From Casimicrobiaceae bacterium (GTDB lineage: Bacteria > Pseudomonadota > Gammaproteobacteria > Burkholderiales > Casimicrobiaceae), in the NCBI GenBank assembly GCA_036406955.1, contig DASXAF010000125.1:732-64731 (forward strand): a DNA stretch of 64,000 bases, written 5' to 3'. A program made the position numbers and the translations under genes. Under the pieces are notes generated by a model. The model searched no databases and was not told the DNA's origin. It saw only the letters and a list, made by a program, of their open reading frames with translations. This document shows positions 8,416 through 19,551 of this stretch, one piece after another; positions within the stretch are counted from its first letter, which is position 1, and every line of letters starts with the position of its first letter.

Positions 8416-11400
8416 TCATCCCAGGTTGCGCAGCTCGCGCAGCGCGACGGAGACCATCGACGCATCGATCGCGGGCGCCGCGTGCAGCTCGGCGAGGAGC
8501 TGGCCCGCGCGTGCCATGGCTCGCGCGTTGCGCTCCTGCCACGCCGCGATGACGTCGTGCGGCGCCGCGATCTCTGCCGCGCCGCCGAGCACCTCGGCGG
8601 TGATCGTGCGCTGCAGGCCGTAGAGGTCGTCGAGCATCGCGCCTTTCGCGAGCACCTGCCAGTGCGCGTCGCCCGGCAGCGCCGCGATCTTCTCGCGCAG
8701 CCACGGCAGGTCCAGCCTGCCGGAGAGCTCGAAGTAGACGTCCGCGACGGTCTCGAGCGGCCGGTCTCGCGCATCGGCGATCGCGACGACGTCCAGCGTC
8801 GCGTAGAGGGCATCGAGGTTCACCACGCGCGCGGCAATGTCGTCCGGCACGCCGTCGCCGACGTAGCGCGCCGCGCGCTCCGCCATGCGCGCGCGCTCGC
8901 CGGCATCGAGCAGCACCGGTATGCGCGTGGCCAGCGTCGCGACGCGCGGCGCGAAATGGCCGATCGTGCTTCCCATGTCCTCGGCCAGCACGCGGGAGCG
9001 CAGGAACCAGATGGTTGCGCGATACAGCAGGCGCGACAGGTCGATCAGCATGGCCGACTGCACCGCGTCGGCCACCTTGTTGTCGAGCGACTCGATCGCG
9101 TGCCAGGCGCCGACGAAGTCGAATACCTCGCGCGTCAGCAGGTACGCGCGCACCACCTCCGGCGGCCTCGCACCCGTCGTCTCCATGATGCGGTGGATGA
9201 ACGTGCTGCCGACGCGGTTGACCATGCTGTTCACCACGTGCGTCGCGATGATCTCGCGGCGCAGCGGATGGCGCTGCATGTAGCCGGCGTAGCGCTCGTG
9301 CAGGCGCTGCGGGAAATAGCGCGTGAGCGCGGTGGCGACCCACGCATCGTCGGGCAGCGTCGAGGCGAGGAGCTCGTCGTACGTCCAGATCTTGCTGTAG
9401 GCGAGCAGCACCGCGCGCTCCGGCGACGTGAGCCCTTCGCCGGCCGCGCGGCGCTCCGCGATCTCTTCGTCGGACGGCAGGAACTCGAGCGCGCGATTGA
9501 GCCGGCCCGACTTCTCGAGGAAATGGATGAAGCGCTCGTGCGCGTCGAGGAGCTGCGGCGCGATGCGGCCCGTCACGGAGAGCGATTGCGTCTGGAAGCG
9601 GTTGTCGCGCAGCACCAGCGCGGCCACTTCGTCGGTCATCTCCGCGAGCAGGGCGTTGCGCTGCTTCTCGGTGAGCTCGCCCTCGGCGATTGCAAGGCCG
9701 AGCAGGATCTTGATGTTCACCTCGTGGTCCGAGGTGTCCACGCCCGCGGAGTTGTCGATCGCGTCGGTGTTGATGCGGCCGCCGGCGCGCGCGTACTCGA
9801 TGCGCCCGAGCTGGGTGAAGCCGAGATTGCCGCCTTCGCCCACCACCTTGCAGCGCAGGTCGCGGCCGTTGACGCGCACGGCGTCGTTCGTGCGGTCGCC
9901 GACGTCGGCCTGGCTCTCGCGCGTGGCCTTGACGTACGTGCCGATGCCGCCGTTGTACAGCAGGTCGACCGGCGCCTCGAGGATCGCGCTGATGAGCTCG
10001 GCCGGCGTCAGCGCGTCGGCGCCGATGCCGAGCGCGAGCTTCACTTCCGGCGTGATCGCAATGGACTTCGCGCTGCGCGCATGCACGCCGCCGCCCTTGG
10101 AGATCAGCTTTGCGTCGTAATCGGCCCATGAGGAGCGCGGCAGCCTGAACAGCCGCTCGCGCTCGGCAAAGCTCGCCGCCGCATCGGGATCGGGGTCGAG
10201 GAAGACGTGCCGGTGATCGAAGGCCGCGACCAGGCGGATGTGGCGGGACAGCAGCATGCCGTTGCCGAACACGTCGCCCGACATGTCGCCGATGCCGACG
10301 ACGCGGAAGTCGGTGGTCTGCGTGTCGAGGCCGATCTCGCGGAAGTGGCGCTTGACCGATTCCCATGCGCCACGCGCGGTGATGCCCATCGCCTTGTGGT
10401 CGTAGCCTGCCGAGCCGCCGGACGCGAACGCGTCGCCGAGCCAGAAGCCGTATTCCGCGCTGATCGCGTTGGCGTAATCGGAGAACGTCGCGGTTCCCTT
10501 GTCGGCGGCGACGACGAGATACGGATCGTCGCCGTCCTGGCGCCTGACCTGCGGCGGCGGCACCACGCGATCGCCGACGCGATTGTCGGTGAGATCGAGC
10601 AGGCCGCGCAGGTAATCCTGGTAGCACGCGACACCCTCGCGCAGGGTCGCATCGCGGTCGGCCGGCGAAGGCGCGCGCTTCAGCACGAACCCGCCCTTCG
10701 AGCCGACCGGCACGATCACGGTGTTCTTGACCATCTGCGCCTTCATGAGACCGAGGACCTCGGTGCGGAAGTCCTCCAGCCGGTCGGACCAGCGCAGCCC
10801 CCCGCGCGCGACCTTGCCGCCGCGCAGGTGCACGCCTTCGAAGCGCGGCGAGTACACGAAGATCTCGAACATCGGCTTCGGTTCGGGGAGGCCCGGAATG
10901 GCGGCAGGATCGAGCTTGAACGACAGGAACGCGCGCGGACGTCCCTGCGCATCGCGGTGCCAGAAGTTCGTGCGCGTGGTCGCGAGCACGAGCGCCACAT
11001 ACTGGCGCAGCACGCGGTCCTCCGAGAGGTTGGCGACATCCTCGAGCGCCTGCTCGATCGCCTGCTGCGTCTGGGCGGCGCGCGCTTCGGCGCCTTCGCC
11101 CTGCGCCGGATCGAGCCTCGTCCTGAAGAGCTCGACGAGCAGGCGCGCGATGTCCGCATGCGCCGACATCGTCGCTTCGATGAAGCCCTGCGACAGCGAG
11201 AAGCCGATCTGGCGCAGATATTTCGCGTACGCGCGCAGCACGACGATTTCGTCGGCCGGCAATCCCGCGCGCAGCACGAGCCGGTTGAAGTCGTCGCTCT
11301 CGACCTCGCCCCGGAACACGCGTCCGAACGCATCGGCGAAGGGCTCGTGCAGCGCATCGAGCTCGAGGTCGACGTCGGCGCCGCTCGCGAGCATGCCGAG

Positions 11401-13272
11401 GTCGTGCATCCAGACCGGCGTGCCGCCTTCCGGCGCGATGCGATACGGCCGCTCGTCCAGCACCTTGAGACCCATGCGCTCGAGCATGGGCAGGCTGTCG
11501 GACAGCGCGACCGGGCTCCCCCAATGGAACAGCTTGAAGCGCAGCGTTCCGGGGGCGGCCTCGAGCGGTCGATACAGGCTCATGGCGAGCGGCTGGTCCT
11601 TGCCGAGCGACGCCATCGTCTCGATGTCCGGCACGGCGCTGCGCGCCGCGAAGTCCTCGCGGTACGCGGCGGGAAAGGCCGCGCCGTACTCGCGAAGGAG
11701 CTGGATGCCGCGCGCCTCGCCGAGCGCTTCCACCAGTGCCTCCGAGAGCTCGTCGTCCCAGCGCCGCGCCGCCACGATGAGGCGGCTCTCGAGGTCGCGC
11801 ACGTTGTACTCCGGGATCTGCCCGGGTGTCGTGTGCACGATGATCATGATTCGCGCGAGCATCGATTCCGACAGGTTGACGTGGAAGTCGGAGCTCGTGC
11901 CGTTGAAGGCCTCCAGCAGGATCGCCTGCCACTTGCGCCGCAGCTCGGTGGTGTAGTTCTCCCGCGGCGCGAAGATCATGCACGCGAGGAAGCGGCCGAA
12001 CGGATCGCGGCGCACGAACAGGCGAAAGCGCTGCCGGTCCTCGAGCTGCAGGATGCCGATCGCGGTGCGCAGCAGCTCATCCTCGGTGCTCTGGAAGAGC
12101 TCGTCGCGCGGGTACGTGTCGAGCACGTGCACCAGCGCCTTGCCCGCGTGGCTGCCGGGCGCGAGGCCTGCGCGCGCGACCACGTGCGCGACCTTGCGCC
12201 GCAGCAGCGGAATGTCGGACGGATTGGCGCTGTACGCGGTGGAGGTGAAAAGGCCGAGGAAGCGATGCTCGCCGCACACCTGGCCGCTCGCGTCGAAGCG
12301 CTTGACGCCGATGTAGTCGAGGTACCCCGGCCGGTGCACCGTCGAGCGCGAATTCGCCTTGGTGATGATGAGCAGCTCCGGCACGCGCGCGTACGCGCGC
12401 ACTTCGCGCGGCAGCGCCGCGAAGCTCTTCGCATGCGTGCCTTCGGTCTCGCGCAGGATGCCGAGGCTCGACCCGGGCACCACCTTCAGCGCGTCCTCGC
12501 CGTCGACATGGACGAGGTCGTGGCAGCGGTAGCCCAGAAAGGTGAAGTGGTTGTCGGCGAGCCAGCGCAGGAATGCTTCGCCTTCGGCCAGCTCGTCGGC
12601 GGGCAGCGGCGGCGGTTGCTGGCCGAGATCGGCAACGACGACGTCCACCCGGTCGCGCATGGCGTGAAAGTCGGTCACTGCAGCGCGGACGTCCCGCAGA
12701 ACGCGCGCGATGTCCGCGGCCAGCGACTCCATGACCGCGGGATCGACGATGCGGTCCACCTCGACGTGGATGAACGACTCGCGCGGCGCGTCGCTGTCGT
12801 CGCCCGCGATCGCGACCAGCGTTCCGTCCGCGCTGCGGCGCACCGGGATGATCGGATGCACGATCAGGTGCAGCGTCAGGCCGTGGCGGTTCACCTCCAT
12901 CGTCACCGAGTCGACGAGGAACGGCATGTCGTCGTTGACGATCTCGACGATCGTGTGCGTCGACTGCCAGCCGTTCTCGACGATCGACGGATTGAACACC
13001 CGCACGCGCGCGCGTCCCGGCTCGCGCTTGCGCGCGAAGTTGAAGTGCGACAAGGCTGCGCCGTAGAGATCGGCGGCGCGCCGCTCGGCGAGATCCTCGG
13101 GATCGACGCGCGCGAAGTAGCGCGCGACGAACGCCTCGACCACCTCGCGCTGGTCGCGTGCGACACGCGCACGCACGAGGCTCTGCACGTCGGCGAGGTG
13201 ATCGTCCCTCGCGTCCATGTCGACCTTCGCCGCGGCTTCCTGCATGGTGCCGACCTCCACCGTGGTGCGCAC
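8416..13272 (-). CDS. gdhB: NAD-specific glutamate dehydrogenase, large (~180 kDa) class
   Basis: 1618-aa ORF whose size and colinearity are typical of Bac_GDH. Catalytic-core stretch: GGLRWSDRLEDFRTEVLGLMKAQMVKNTVIVPVGSKGGFV. An alternative start is ATG 13245 (MQEAAAK). Confidence 0.92.
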   Translation of the reverse strand: MRTTVEVGTMQEAAAKVDMDARDDHLADVQSLVRARVARDQREVVEAFVARYFARVDPEDLAERRAADLYGAALSHFNFARKREPGRARVRVFNPSIVENGWQSTHTIVEIVNDDMPFLVDSVTMEVNRHGLTLHLIVHPIIPVRRSADGTLVAIAGDDSDAPRESFIHVEVDRIVDPAVMESLAADIARVLRDVRAAVTDFHAMRDRVDVVVADLGQQPPPLPADELAEGEAFLRWLADNHFTFLGYRCHDLVHVDGEDALKVVPGSSLGILRETEGTHAKSFAALPREVRAYARVPELLIITKANSRSTVHRPGYLDYIGVKRFDASGQVCGEHRFLGLFTSTAYSANPSDIPLLRRKVAHVVARAGLAPGSHAGKALVHVLDTYPRDELFQSTEDELLRTAIGILQLEDRQRFRLFVRRDPFGRFLACMIFAPRENYTTELRRKWQAILLEAFNGTSSDFHVNLSESMLARIMIIVHTTPGQIPEYNVRDLESRLIVAARRWDDELSEALVEALGEARGIQLLREYGAAFPAAYREDFAARSAVPDIETMASLGKDQPLAMSLYRPLEAAPGTLRFKLFHWGSPVALSDSLPMLERMGLKVLDERPYRIAPEGGTPVWMHDLGMLASGADVDLELDALHEPFADAFGRVFRGEVESDDFNRLVLRAGLPADEIVVLRAYAKYLRQIGFSLSQGFIEATMSAHADIARLLVELFRTRLDPAQGEGAEARAAQTQQAIEQALEDVANLSEDRVLRQYVALVLATTRTNFWHRDAQGRPRAFLSFKLDPAAIPGLPEPKPMFEIFVYSPRFEGVHLRGGKVARGGLRWSDRLEDFRTEVLGLMKAQMVKNTVIVPVGSKGGFVLKRAPSPADRDATLREGVACYQDYLRGLLDLTDNRVGDRVVPPPQVRRQDGDDPYLVVAADKGTATFSDYANAISAEYGFWLGDAFASGGSAGYDHKAMGITARGAWESVKRHFREIGLDTQTTDFRVVGIGDMSGDVFGNGMLLSRHIRLVAAFDHRHVFLDPDPDAAASFAERERLFRLPRSSWADYDAKLISKGGGVHARSAKSIAITPEVKLALGIGADALTPAELISAILEAPVDLLYNGGIGTYVKATRESQADVGDRTNDAVRVNGRDLRCKVVGEGGNLGFTQLGRIEYARAGGRINTDAIDNSAGVDTSDHEVNIKILLGLAIAEGELTEKQRNALLAEMTDEVAALVLRDNRFQTQSLSVTGRIAPQLLDAHERFIHFLEKSGRLNRALEFLPSDEEIAERRAAGEGLTSPERAVLLAYSKIWTYDELLASTLPDDAWVATALTRYFPQRLHERYAGYMQRHPLRREIIATHVVNSMVNRVGSTFIHRIMETTGARPPEVVRAYLLTREVFDFVGAWHAIESLDNKVADAVQSAMLIDLSRLLYRATIWFLRSRVLAEDMGSTIGHFAPRVATLATRIPVLLDAGERARMAERAARYVGDGVPDDIAARVVNLDALYATLDVVAIADARDRPLETVADVYFELSGRLDLPWLREKIAALPGDAHWQVLAKGAMLDDLYGLQRTITAEVLGGAAEIAAPHDVIAAWQERNARAMARAGQLLAELHAAPAIDASMVSVALRELRNLG

Positions 13273-13471
13273 TCCCGTAGGCCGCTATTGTCCGGCAAAC
13301 CCGGCCGGGCCGCAGCACGCGAGTGAACGAGGCGGGCGAGGAACGCGAGCCCGGACGGAGGGCGAGCCAAGCGAACGTCGGCGACAACAGTGCAAAGAGG
13401 GCCGCCCGGCTACAATGGCGCGGAGCGCCACAGAACATGGCCGCGCCGACGGCCGCATTCCGGAGGATTTC

Positions 13472-14437
13472 ATGCGTCGTCTTGCCCGATTCGTGGTGGC
13501 CGCCTGCGCCGGCGCCTCGTTCTGCGTGCTTGCTGCCGAGTGGCCCGAGCGCCCCGTCACCATGGTCGTCCCGTTCCCGCCGGGCGGCGTGGCCGACACC
13601 GTCGGCCGGCCCGTTGCCGACGCGCTGTCGCGCGAGCTCGGCGTCTCGGTCGTCATCGAGAACAAGCCGGGGGCGGGCGGCGCGATCGGCATGGGCACGG
13701 TCGCCAAGGCCAAGCCCGACGGCTACACCGTGCTGATGTCGCTGTCGTCGCTCACCGTGCTGCCCGAAGCCGACAAGATCCTCGGCCGGCAGCCGCAATA
13801 CCAGATCGAGGATCTGCGTCCCATCGCGCGCGTCACGGCCGACCCGACGGTCCTCGCCGTGCGTGCCGACGCGCCGTGGAAGACGTACGCCGAGTTCGTC
13901 GCGGATGCCAAGGCGCATCCGGGCAAGTACAACTACGGCTCGTCGGGCAACTACGGCACGATGCACGTGCCCATGGAAATGCTGTCGCAGACGGCGGGCA
14001 TCAAGCTGACGCACGTTCCGTACACCGGCGCGGGCCCGGCGATCGTCGGGCTGCTCGGCGGCCAGGTCGACGCGCTCGCCACGGGTCCCGCCTCGATCGT
14101 GCAACACGTCAAGGGCGGCAAGGTGCGCGTGCTCGCGCATTGGGGCAATGCGCGTCTCGTCACGCTGCCCGACGTGCAGAGCCTGAAGGAGCTCGGCACC
14201 AACGTCGACTATGCGCAATGGTCCGGCATCTTCGTGCCGGCCGCGACACCCGAGCCAGTCGTGGAGAAATTGCGCGCCGCCGCGCGCGCCGCCGCGAACG
14301 ATCCGAAGGTGAAGGAGACGCTGCTGACCGCGGGAAGCCCGGTGCAGTACCTGGATGCGCCGGAGTTCGCGCAGTACGTCGAGAACGACGCGACGAAGAT
14401 GCGCAACGTGGTGCAGAAGATCGGCAAGGTCGAGTAG
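13472..14437 (+). CDS. Tripartite tricarboxylate transporter substrate-binding protein (Bug/TctC family)
   Basis: ORF 13217..14437 trimmed to ATG 13472. The signal peptide is MRRLARFVVAACAGASFCVLAAEWP. Bug hallmarks seen: RPVTMVVPFPPGGVADTVGR, ENKPGAGGAIG, KPDGYT, YGSSGNYGTMHVPMEM. Confidence 0.88.
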   Translation: MRRLARFVVAACAGASFCVLAAEWPERPVTMVVPFPPGGVADTVGRPVADALSRELGVSVVIENKPGAGGAIGMGTVAKAKPDGYTVLMSLSSLTVLPEADKILGRQPQYQIEDLRPIARVTADPTVLAVRADAPWKTYAEFVADAKAHPGKYNYGSSGNYGTMHVPMEMLSQTAGIKLTHVPYTGAGPAIVGLLGGQVDALATGPASIVQHVKGGKVRVLAHWGNARLVTLPDVQSLKELGTNVDYAQWSGIFVPAATPEPVVEKLRAAARAAANDPKVKETLLTAGSPVQYLDAPEFAQYVENDATKMRNVVQKIGKVE

Positions 14438-14491
14438 CGAGCGCGCGCCCGGGGCGGCGTACAATTCGTCTTTACGTTCGCCGCCTTCGCG

Positions 14492-17400
14492 ATGGAGATC
14501 CTGTCGCTGCGCGGCCGGTCGGCGCTTTCGCCGTTCCGCGTCGCCAAGCTGCTCGCCGCAGTCGCCGCCGTCCATCCCGAACATCGCGTCGTCGCGCTCA
14601 GCGCGACGTACTGGCATTTCGCCGAAGTCGCGCGCCCGCTCTCGGCGGACGAGCGCGCCATCCTCGAGCGCCTGCTGGTCTACGGGCCGCGCGAGGACGC
14701 CGTCGACGAGGCGGGCGATCTTCTGCTCGTCACGCCGCGGCCGGGCACGATCTCGCCGTGGTCGTCCAAGGCGACCGACATCGCGCACAACTGCGGCCTC
14801 GCCGCCGTCAACCGGCTCGAGCGCGGCATCGCGTACCGCGTGCAGACGCGCGACGGCGGCGCGCTCGCCAAAGACGACCGCCAGGCGCTGCTGCCGCTGG
14901 TGCACGACCGCATGGTCGAAGCCGTGTTCGCGGACTTCGCGGACGCCGCGCGGCTCTTCTCGCATGTTGCGCCGCGGCCGCTCGCATCGATTCCGTTGGC
15001 CGCCGAAGGGCGCGCGGCGCTCGTGCGCGCCAACCGCGACCTCGGCCTCGCGCTGGCCGACGACGAGATCGACTACCTCGAGCGCAGCTTCCGCGCACTT
15101 TCACGCGATCCGACCGACGTCGAACTCATGATGTTCGCGCAGGCGAACTCGGAGCATTGCCGGCACAAGATCTTCAACGCGGAATGGATCCTCGACGGCG
15201 AGCGCCAGCGCGACAGCCTGTTCGCGATGATCCGCGCCACGCACGCGGCGCATCCGCGCGGAACCGTGGTCGCGTACGCCGACAACGCCGCGGTGATCGA
15301 AGGCGCGACCGTCGCGCGCTTTCATCCGCGAGACGATGCGCTCTATCGCGCGGCGAACGAGCGCACCGACGTGCTGATGAAGGTCGAGACGCACAACCAT
15401 CCCACCGCCATCGCGCCGTTCCCGGGCGCCGCGACCGGCTCGGGCGGCGAGATTCGCGACGAAGGGGCAACGGGGCGCGGGGCGCGGCCCAAGGCCGGGC
15501 TGGTCGGATACACGGTTTCCAACCTGCGCATTCCCGGCCTCACGCATCCATGGGAAGCGACGTGCGGCAAGCCCGATCGCATCGCTTCGCCGCTCGCCAT
15601 CATGCTCGAAGGCCCGATCGGCGCAGCGTCGTTCAACAACGAATTCGGGCGTCCCAACCTGACGGGCTATTTCCGTACCTTCGAGCAGCGCCTCGACGGC
15701 GAATGGCGCGGCTATCACAAGCCGATCATGATCGCCGGCGGGGTGGGCAACATCGCTGCGGCGCAGGCGCACAAGCAACCGCTCGCAGCGGGGACACCGC
15801 TCGTGCAGCTCGGCGGGCCGGGCCTCCTGATCGGCATGGGCGGCGGCGCCGCATCGTCGATGACCACCGGCGCCAACACGGCGGACCTCGACTTCGACTC
15901 CGTTCAGCGCGGCAATGCCGAGATCCAGCGGCGCGCGCAGGAAGTGATCGACCGCTGCTGGCAGCTCGGCGCGGACAATCCCATCCTGTCGATCCACGAC
16001 GTGGGCGCGGGCGGCCTCTCCAACGCACTGCCCGAGCTCGTGCACGGCGGCGGGGTGGGCGGCACGTTCGACCTGCGCGCGATTCCGTCGCAGGAAAGCG
16101 GCATGTCGCCGCGCGAGATCTGGTGCAACGAGGCGCAGGAGCGCTACGTGCTCGCCATCGCGGCGCAGTCGCTCGACCGCTTCCGCGCCATCTGCGAGCG
16201 CGAGCGCTGCCCCTTCGCGGTGGTCGGAACGGCGAACGACCAGGGAAGCCTCGTCGTCACGGATCCGCTGTTCGACGACCAACCGGTCGACGTTCCGCTC
16301 GAAGTGATCCTCGGCAAGGCGCCGCGCATGACGCGTGACGTCGCGCACGTCCGGCGCGAGTTGTCGCCGCTCGATCTCCACGGCGTGAAGCTCCGCGAGG
16401 CCGCCTATCGCGTGCTTCAACTGCCGGCCGTTGCCGACAAGACGTTCCTGGTGACGATCGGGGATCGCACGGTGGGCGGGCTCTGCGCGCGCGATCCGAT
16501 GGTGGGGCCGTGGCAGGTCCCCGTCGCCGACGTCGCGACGACGCTCATGGACTTCACCGGCCATGCCGGCGAGGCGATGGCCATGGGCGAGCGCACGCCG
16601 CTCGCCCTGATCGACGCGCCGGCGTCGGGCCGCATGGCGGTCGCCGAAGCGCTCACGAACCTCTGCGCCGCGTGCGTCGAAAACGTCGACAAGGTCAAGC
16701 TATCCGCCAACTGGATGGCGGCTGCGGGCCATCCCGGCGAGGACGCCGCGCTCTACGACACGGTGCGCGCGGTGCGCGACCTGTGCGTCGCGCTCGGTGT
16801 GTCGATTCCCGTCGGCAAGGATTCGATGTCGATGCGCACGTCGTGGTCGCAGGACGGACGCGAGGTGGCGGTGACCGCACCGGTCTCGCTCGTCGTCTCG
16901 GCGTTCGCACCGCTGCGCGACGGGCGGCGTGTCCTGACACCGCTGCTCCATCGCGACGCGGGCGATACCGTGCTGGTCCATCTCGATGGCGCGGACGGCA
17001 GGCGCCGCCTCGGCGGCTCCGCGCTCGCGCAGGTCTACGGGCAACTGGGCGACACGGCGCCCGATGTCGACGACGCGAAGCGGCTTGCCGCGTGGTTCGA
17101 CCTCCTGCAGCGGCTGCTGATCGACGGCACGCTGCTCGCGTATCACGACATCGGCGATGGCGGGCTGTTCGTCACGTTGTGCGAGATGGCGTTCGCGTCG
17201 CGCTGCGGCCTCGACGTCGACCTTCCGCACGACGCGGATCCGCTCGCGGCGCTCTTTGCCGAGGAAATCGGTGCGGTGGTGCAGGTGCGCGCGGGCGATG
17301 CGCGGCGCGTGCTCGATGCGGCGCGCGATGCCGGCGTGCGGGCAGGTGTGGTCGGTCGTCCCGAATCGGGCGGCCGCATCGTCATTCGACGCGCCGAGGC

Positions 17401-18370
17401 GGTCGTCCTCGACGAGCCGCGCATCGAGCTCCATCGCGCGTGGTCGTCGACGACGCATGCGTTGCAACGCCTTCGCGACAACCCCGAATGCGCCGACCAG
17501 GAACATGCGCGCATCGAGGACGCGAGCGATCGCGGCCTCGCCCCGCATCTCACGTTCGATCCGCGCGAGGATCCCGCGGCGCCGTTCGCAAGCCGCGGTG
17601 CGCGGCCGCGCGTAGCCGTGCTGCGGGAGCAGGGCGTCAACGGCCAGGTCGAGATGGCGGCCGCGTTCACGCGCGCGGGCTTCGATGCCTACGACGTGCA
17701 CATGACCGACCTCGCCAGCGGCCGGCGCGCGCTCACCGAATTCCACGGCATCGTCGCGTGCGGCGGCTTTTCCTACGGCGACGTGCTGGGCGCCGGCGAA
17801 GGCTGGGCCAAGTCGATCCTGTTCAACGCGCGCCTGCGCGACGCCTTCGCCGGCTTCTTCGCGCGCCGGGACACGTTCTCGCTCGGCGTCTGCAACGGCT
17901 GCCAGATGATGAGCAGCCTTCGCGAGCTGATCCCCGGCGCCGACCACTGGCCGCGTTTCGTGCGCAACGTGTCGGAGCAGTTCGAGGCACGCTTCGCGCT
18001 GCTCGAGGTGCAGCCCTCGCCGTCGCTGTTCTTCCGCGACATGGCGGGCAGCCGCATTCCGGTTGCGACCGCGCACGGCGAAGGCTATGCCGAGTTTCGC
18101 GACGCTGCCCAGCTCGAGGCCGCGCAGCCGCATGTCGCCGTCCGATTCGTCGACGGCCATGGCCGCGCCACGCAGACGTATCCTTTCAACGTCAACGGGT
18201 CGCCGCAGGGCATCACGGGCCTCACCACGGCGGATGGCCGCTTCACCATCCTGATGCCCCATCCGGAGCGCGTGTGGCGCACGGCGCAGATGTCATGGCA
18301 CCCGCGCGAATGGCCCGAGCAATCGCCGTGGTACCGCATGTTCGCCAACGCACGATGCTGGATCGCCTGA
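14492..18370 (+). CDS. purL: Phosphoribosylformylglycinamidine synthase (single-chain)
   Basis: 1292-aa ORF. It has FGAM synthase blocks ([40 protein letters not shown]) and a C-terminal glutaminase domain ([14 protein letters not shown]). Confidence 0.95.
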   Translation: MEILSLRGRSALSPFRVAKLLAAVAAVHPEHRVVALSATYWHFAEVARPLSADERAILERLLVYGPREDAVDEAGDLLLVTPRPGTISPWSSKATDIAHNCGLAAVNRLERGIAYRVQTRDGGALAKDDRQALLPLVHDRMVEAVFADFADAARLFSHVAPRPLASIPLAAEGRAALVRANRDLGLALADDEIDYLERSFRALSRDPTDVELMMFAQANSEHCRHKIFNAEWILDGERQRDSLFAMIRATHAAHPRGTVVAYADNAAVIEGATVARFHPRDDALYRAANERTDVLMKVETHNHPTAIAPFPGAATGSGGEIRDEGATGRGARPKAGLVGYTVSNLRIPGLTHPWEATCGKPDRIASPLAIMLEGPIGAASFNNEFGRPNLTGYFRTFEQRLDGEWRGYHKPIMIAGGVGNIAAAQAHKQPLAAGTPLVQLGGPGLLIGMGGGAASSMTTGANTADLDFDSVQRGNAEIQRRAQEVIDRCWQLGADNPILSIHDVGAGGLSNALPELVHGGGVGGTFDLRAIPSQESGMSPREIWCNEAQERYVLAIAAQSLDRFRAICERERCPFAVVGTANDQGSLVVTDPLFDDQPVDVPLEVILGKAPRMTRDVAHVRRELSPLDLHGVKLREAAYRVLQLPAVADKTFLVTIGDRTVGGLCARDPMVGPWQVPVADVATTLMDFTGHAGEAMAMGERTPLALIDAPASGRMAVAEALTNLCAACVENVDKVKLSANWMAAAGHPGEDAALYDTVRAVRDLCVALGVSIPVGKDSMSMRTSWSQDGREVAVTAPVSLVVSAFAPLRDGRRVLTPLLHRDAGDTVLVHLDGADGRRRLGGSALAQVYGQLGDTAPDVDDAKRLAAWFDLLQRLLIDGTLLAYHDIGDGGLFVTLCEMAFASRCGLDVDLPHDADPLAALFAEEIGAVVQVRAGDARRVLDAARDAGVRAGVVGRPESGGRIVIRRAEAVVLDEPRIELHRAWSSTTHALQRLRDNPECADQEHARIEDASDRGLAPHLTFDPREDPAAPFASRGARPRVAVLREQGVNGQVEMAAAFTRAGFDAYDVHMTDLASGRRALTEFHGIVACGGFSYGDVLGAGEGWAKSILFNARLRDAFAGFFARRDTFSLGVCNGCQMMSSLRELIPGADHWPRFVRNVSEQFEARFALLEVQPSPSLFFRDMAGSRIPVATAHGEGYAEFRDAAQLEAAQPHVAVRFVDGHGRATQTYPFNVNGSPQGITGLTTADGRFTILMPHPERVWRTAQMSWHPREWPEQSPWYRMFANARCWIA

Positions 18371-18383
18371 AGGATCTGTCGCC

Positions 18384-18998
18384 ATGTCGCTCATCGTCTA
18401 TGCGATCAACGGCGTGACGCCGGTGGTCGACCCGACCGCGTACGTCCATCCGTCGGCGGTGCTGATCGGGGACGTCATCGTCGGCGCGGGGTGTTACATC
18501 GGGCCCGCGGCCTGCCTGCGCGGCGACTTCGGGCGCATCGACATCCGCGCCGGCGCCAATCTGCAGGACACGTGCATCGCGCACGGATTCCCGGGCACCG
18601 ACACGATCGTCGAGGAGGACGGGCACGTGGGCCACGGCGCGGTGCTGCACGGCTGCATCGTGCGGCGCAACGCGCTCATCGGCATGAACGCGGTCATCAA
18701 CGACAGCGCCGAGATCGGCGAATCGGCCATCGTCGCCGCCATGGCGTTCGTGAAGGCGCGCATGGTGGTGCCGCCGCGCACGCTCGTCGCCGGCGTTCCG
18801 GCGCGCGTCGTGCGCGCGCTCGGCGACACCGAGCTCGCGTGGAAGATCGAGGCGACGCAGAGCTACCAGGAGCTCGCGCGCCGCAGCCTCGCGACGATGC
18901 AGGCGACGGCGCCCCTTGCGGCGGTCGAGCCGGATCGCAAGCGCATCGAGCTGCCGGAGCTCCTGACGCTTTCGGAGACCAAGGCGCGCGAAGGCTAG
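18384..18998 (+). CDS. Hexapeptide-repeat protein, gamma-carbonic-anhydrase/PaaY-like
   Basis: 204-aa ORF starting 13 nt after purL. It has left-handed beta-helix repeats ([50 protein letters not shown]) and a PaaY/CaiE-like layout. Confidence 0.8.
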   Translation: MSLIVYAINGVTPVVDPTAYVHPSAVLIGDVIVGAGCYIGPAACLRGDFGRIDIRAGANLQDTCIAHGFPGTDTIVEEDGHVGHGAVLHGCIVRRNALIGMNAVINDSAEIGESAIVAAMAFVKARMVVPPRTLVAGVPARVVRALGDTELAWKIEATQSYQELARRSLATMQATAPLAAVEPDRKRIELPELLTLSETKAREG

Positions 18999-19549
18999 GG
19001 CTGCTTCCTCGCGGCGGCCTCGGTGTCGCGCTTCACGTTCTGCACGGCGGCCGCCGAGTTGGCCACCATCACCGACTTGAGCTTCAGCGCGTCGAGGATC
19101 GCGAACAGCAGGTTGGGTCCCTCGTAGTACAGCTCGCGCCGAAAGCGCGTGCCGCTCGCGGTGGGCTGCAGCGTGTAGGCGATCTCGGCGCCGCCGCCGC
19201 GTTGCGATCGCGCGGTGAAGCGCCAGCGCCGCGGCGGGTCGAGCTCGACGGTGGTCCACGTCGCGTCGTCGCTGCGTCCCGCGATGTCGTAGGTCTCGAC
19301 CACGCTTTCACCGACCGCCGGCGTCCGATCCGTCACGCCGCGCACCGCACGAGAATTGGGATGCCATTTCGGCCAGTTCGCGGGCGTCGCGACGTACGCG
19401 AACACCTGCGGCATCGGTGCATCGATCTCGACGACGTTCTCGATGCGCGTGCCGACGAGCCAGCCGGGCCACGGCAGCGGCACGAACAGCAGCGCGCCGA
19501 GCGCGACGAGCGCGGCGATCGTCCAGCCGATCGCGCGCCTGCGGTTCAT
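18995..19549 (-). CDS. SRPBCC-fold protein (polyketide cyclase/dehydrase-like) with N-terminal membrane anchor
   Basis: 184-aa ORF with an N-terminal hydrophobic helix ([17 protein letters not shown]). The stretch [23 protein letters not shown] is typical of SRPBCC domains. Its start lies 2 nt after the ggt stop. Confidence 0.7.
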   Translation of the reverse strand: MNRRRAIGWTIAALVALGALLFVPLPWPGWLVGTRIENVVEIDAPMPQVFAYVATPANWPKWHPNSRAVRGVTDRTPAVGESVVETYDIAGRSDDATWTTVELDPPRRWRFTARSQRGGGAEIAYTLQPTASGTRFRRELYYEGPNLLFAILDALKLKSVMVANSAAAVQNVKRDTEAAARKQP

Positions 19550-19551
19550 GG

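Noticed and set aside
8405-16338. Stack of very long ORFs (8405..11983 -, 8482..10131 +, 10207..13326 +, 12077..14965 -, 13390..16338 +) overlapping gdhB, the Bug gene and purL.
   Set aside because: All are off-frame or antisense to strongly supported genes. Their compositions are dominated by R/A/P/G/H, and I recognised no motifs.
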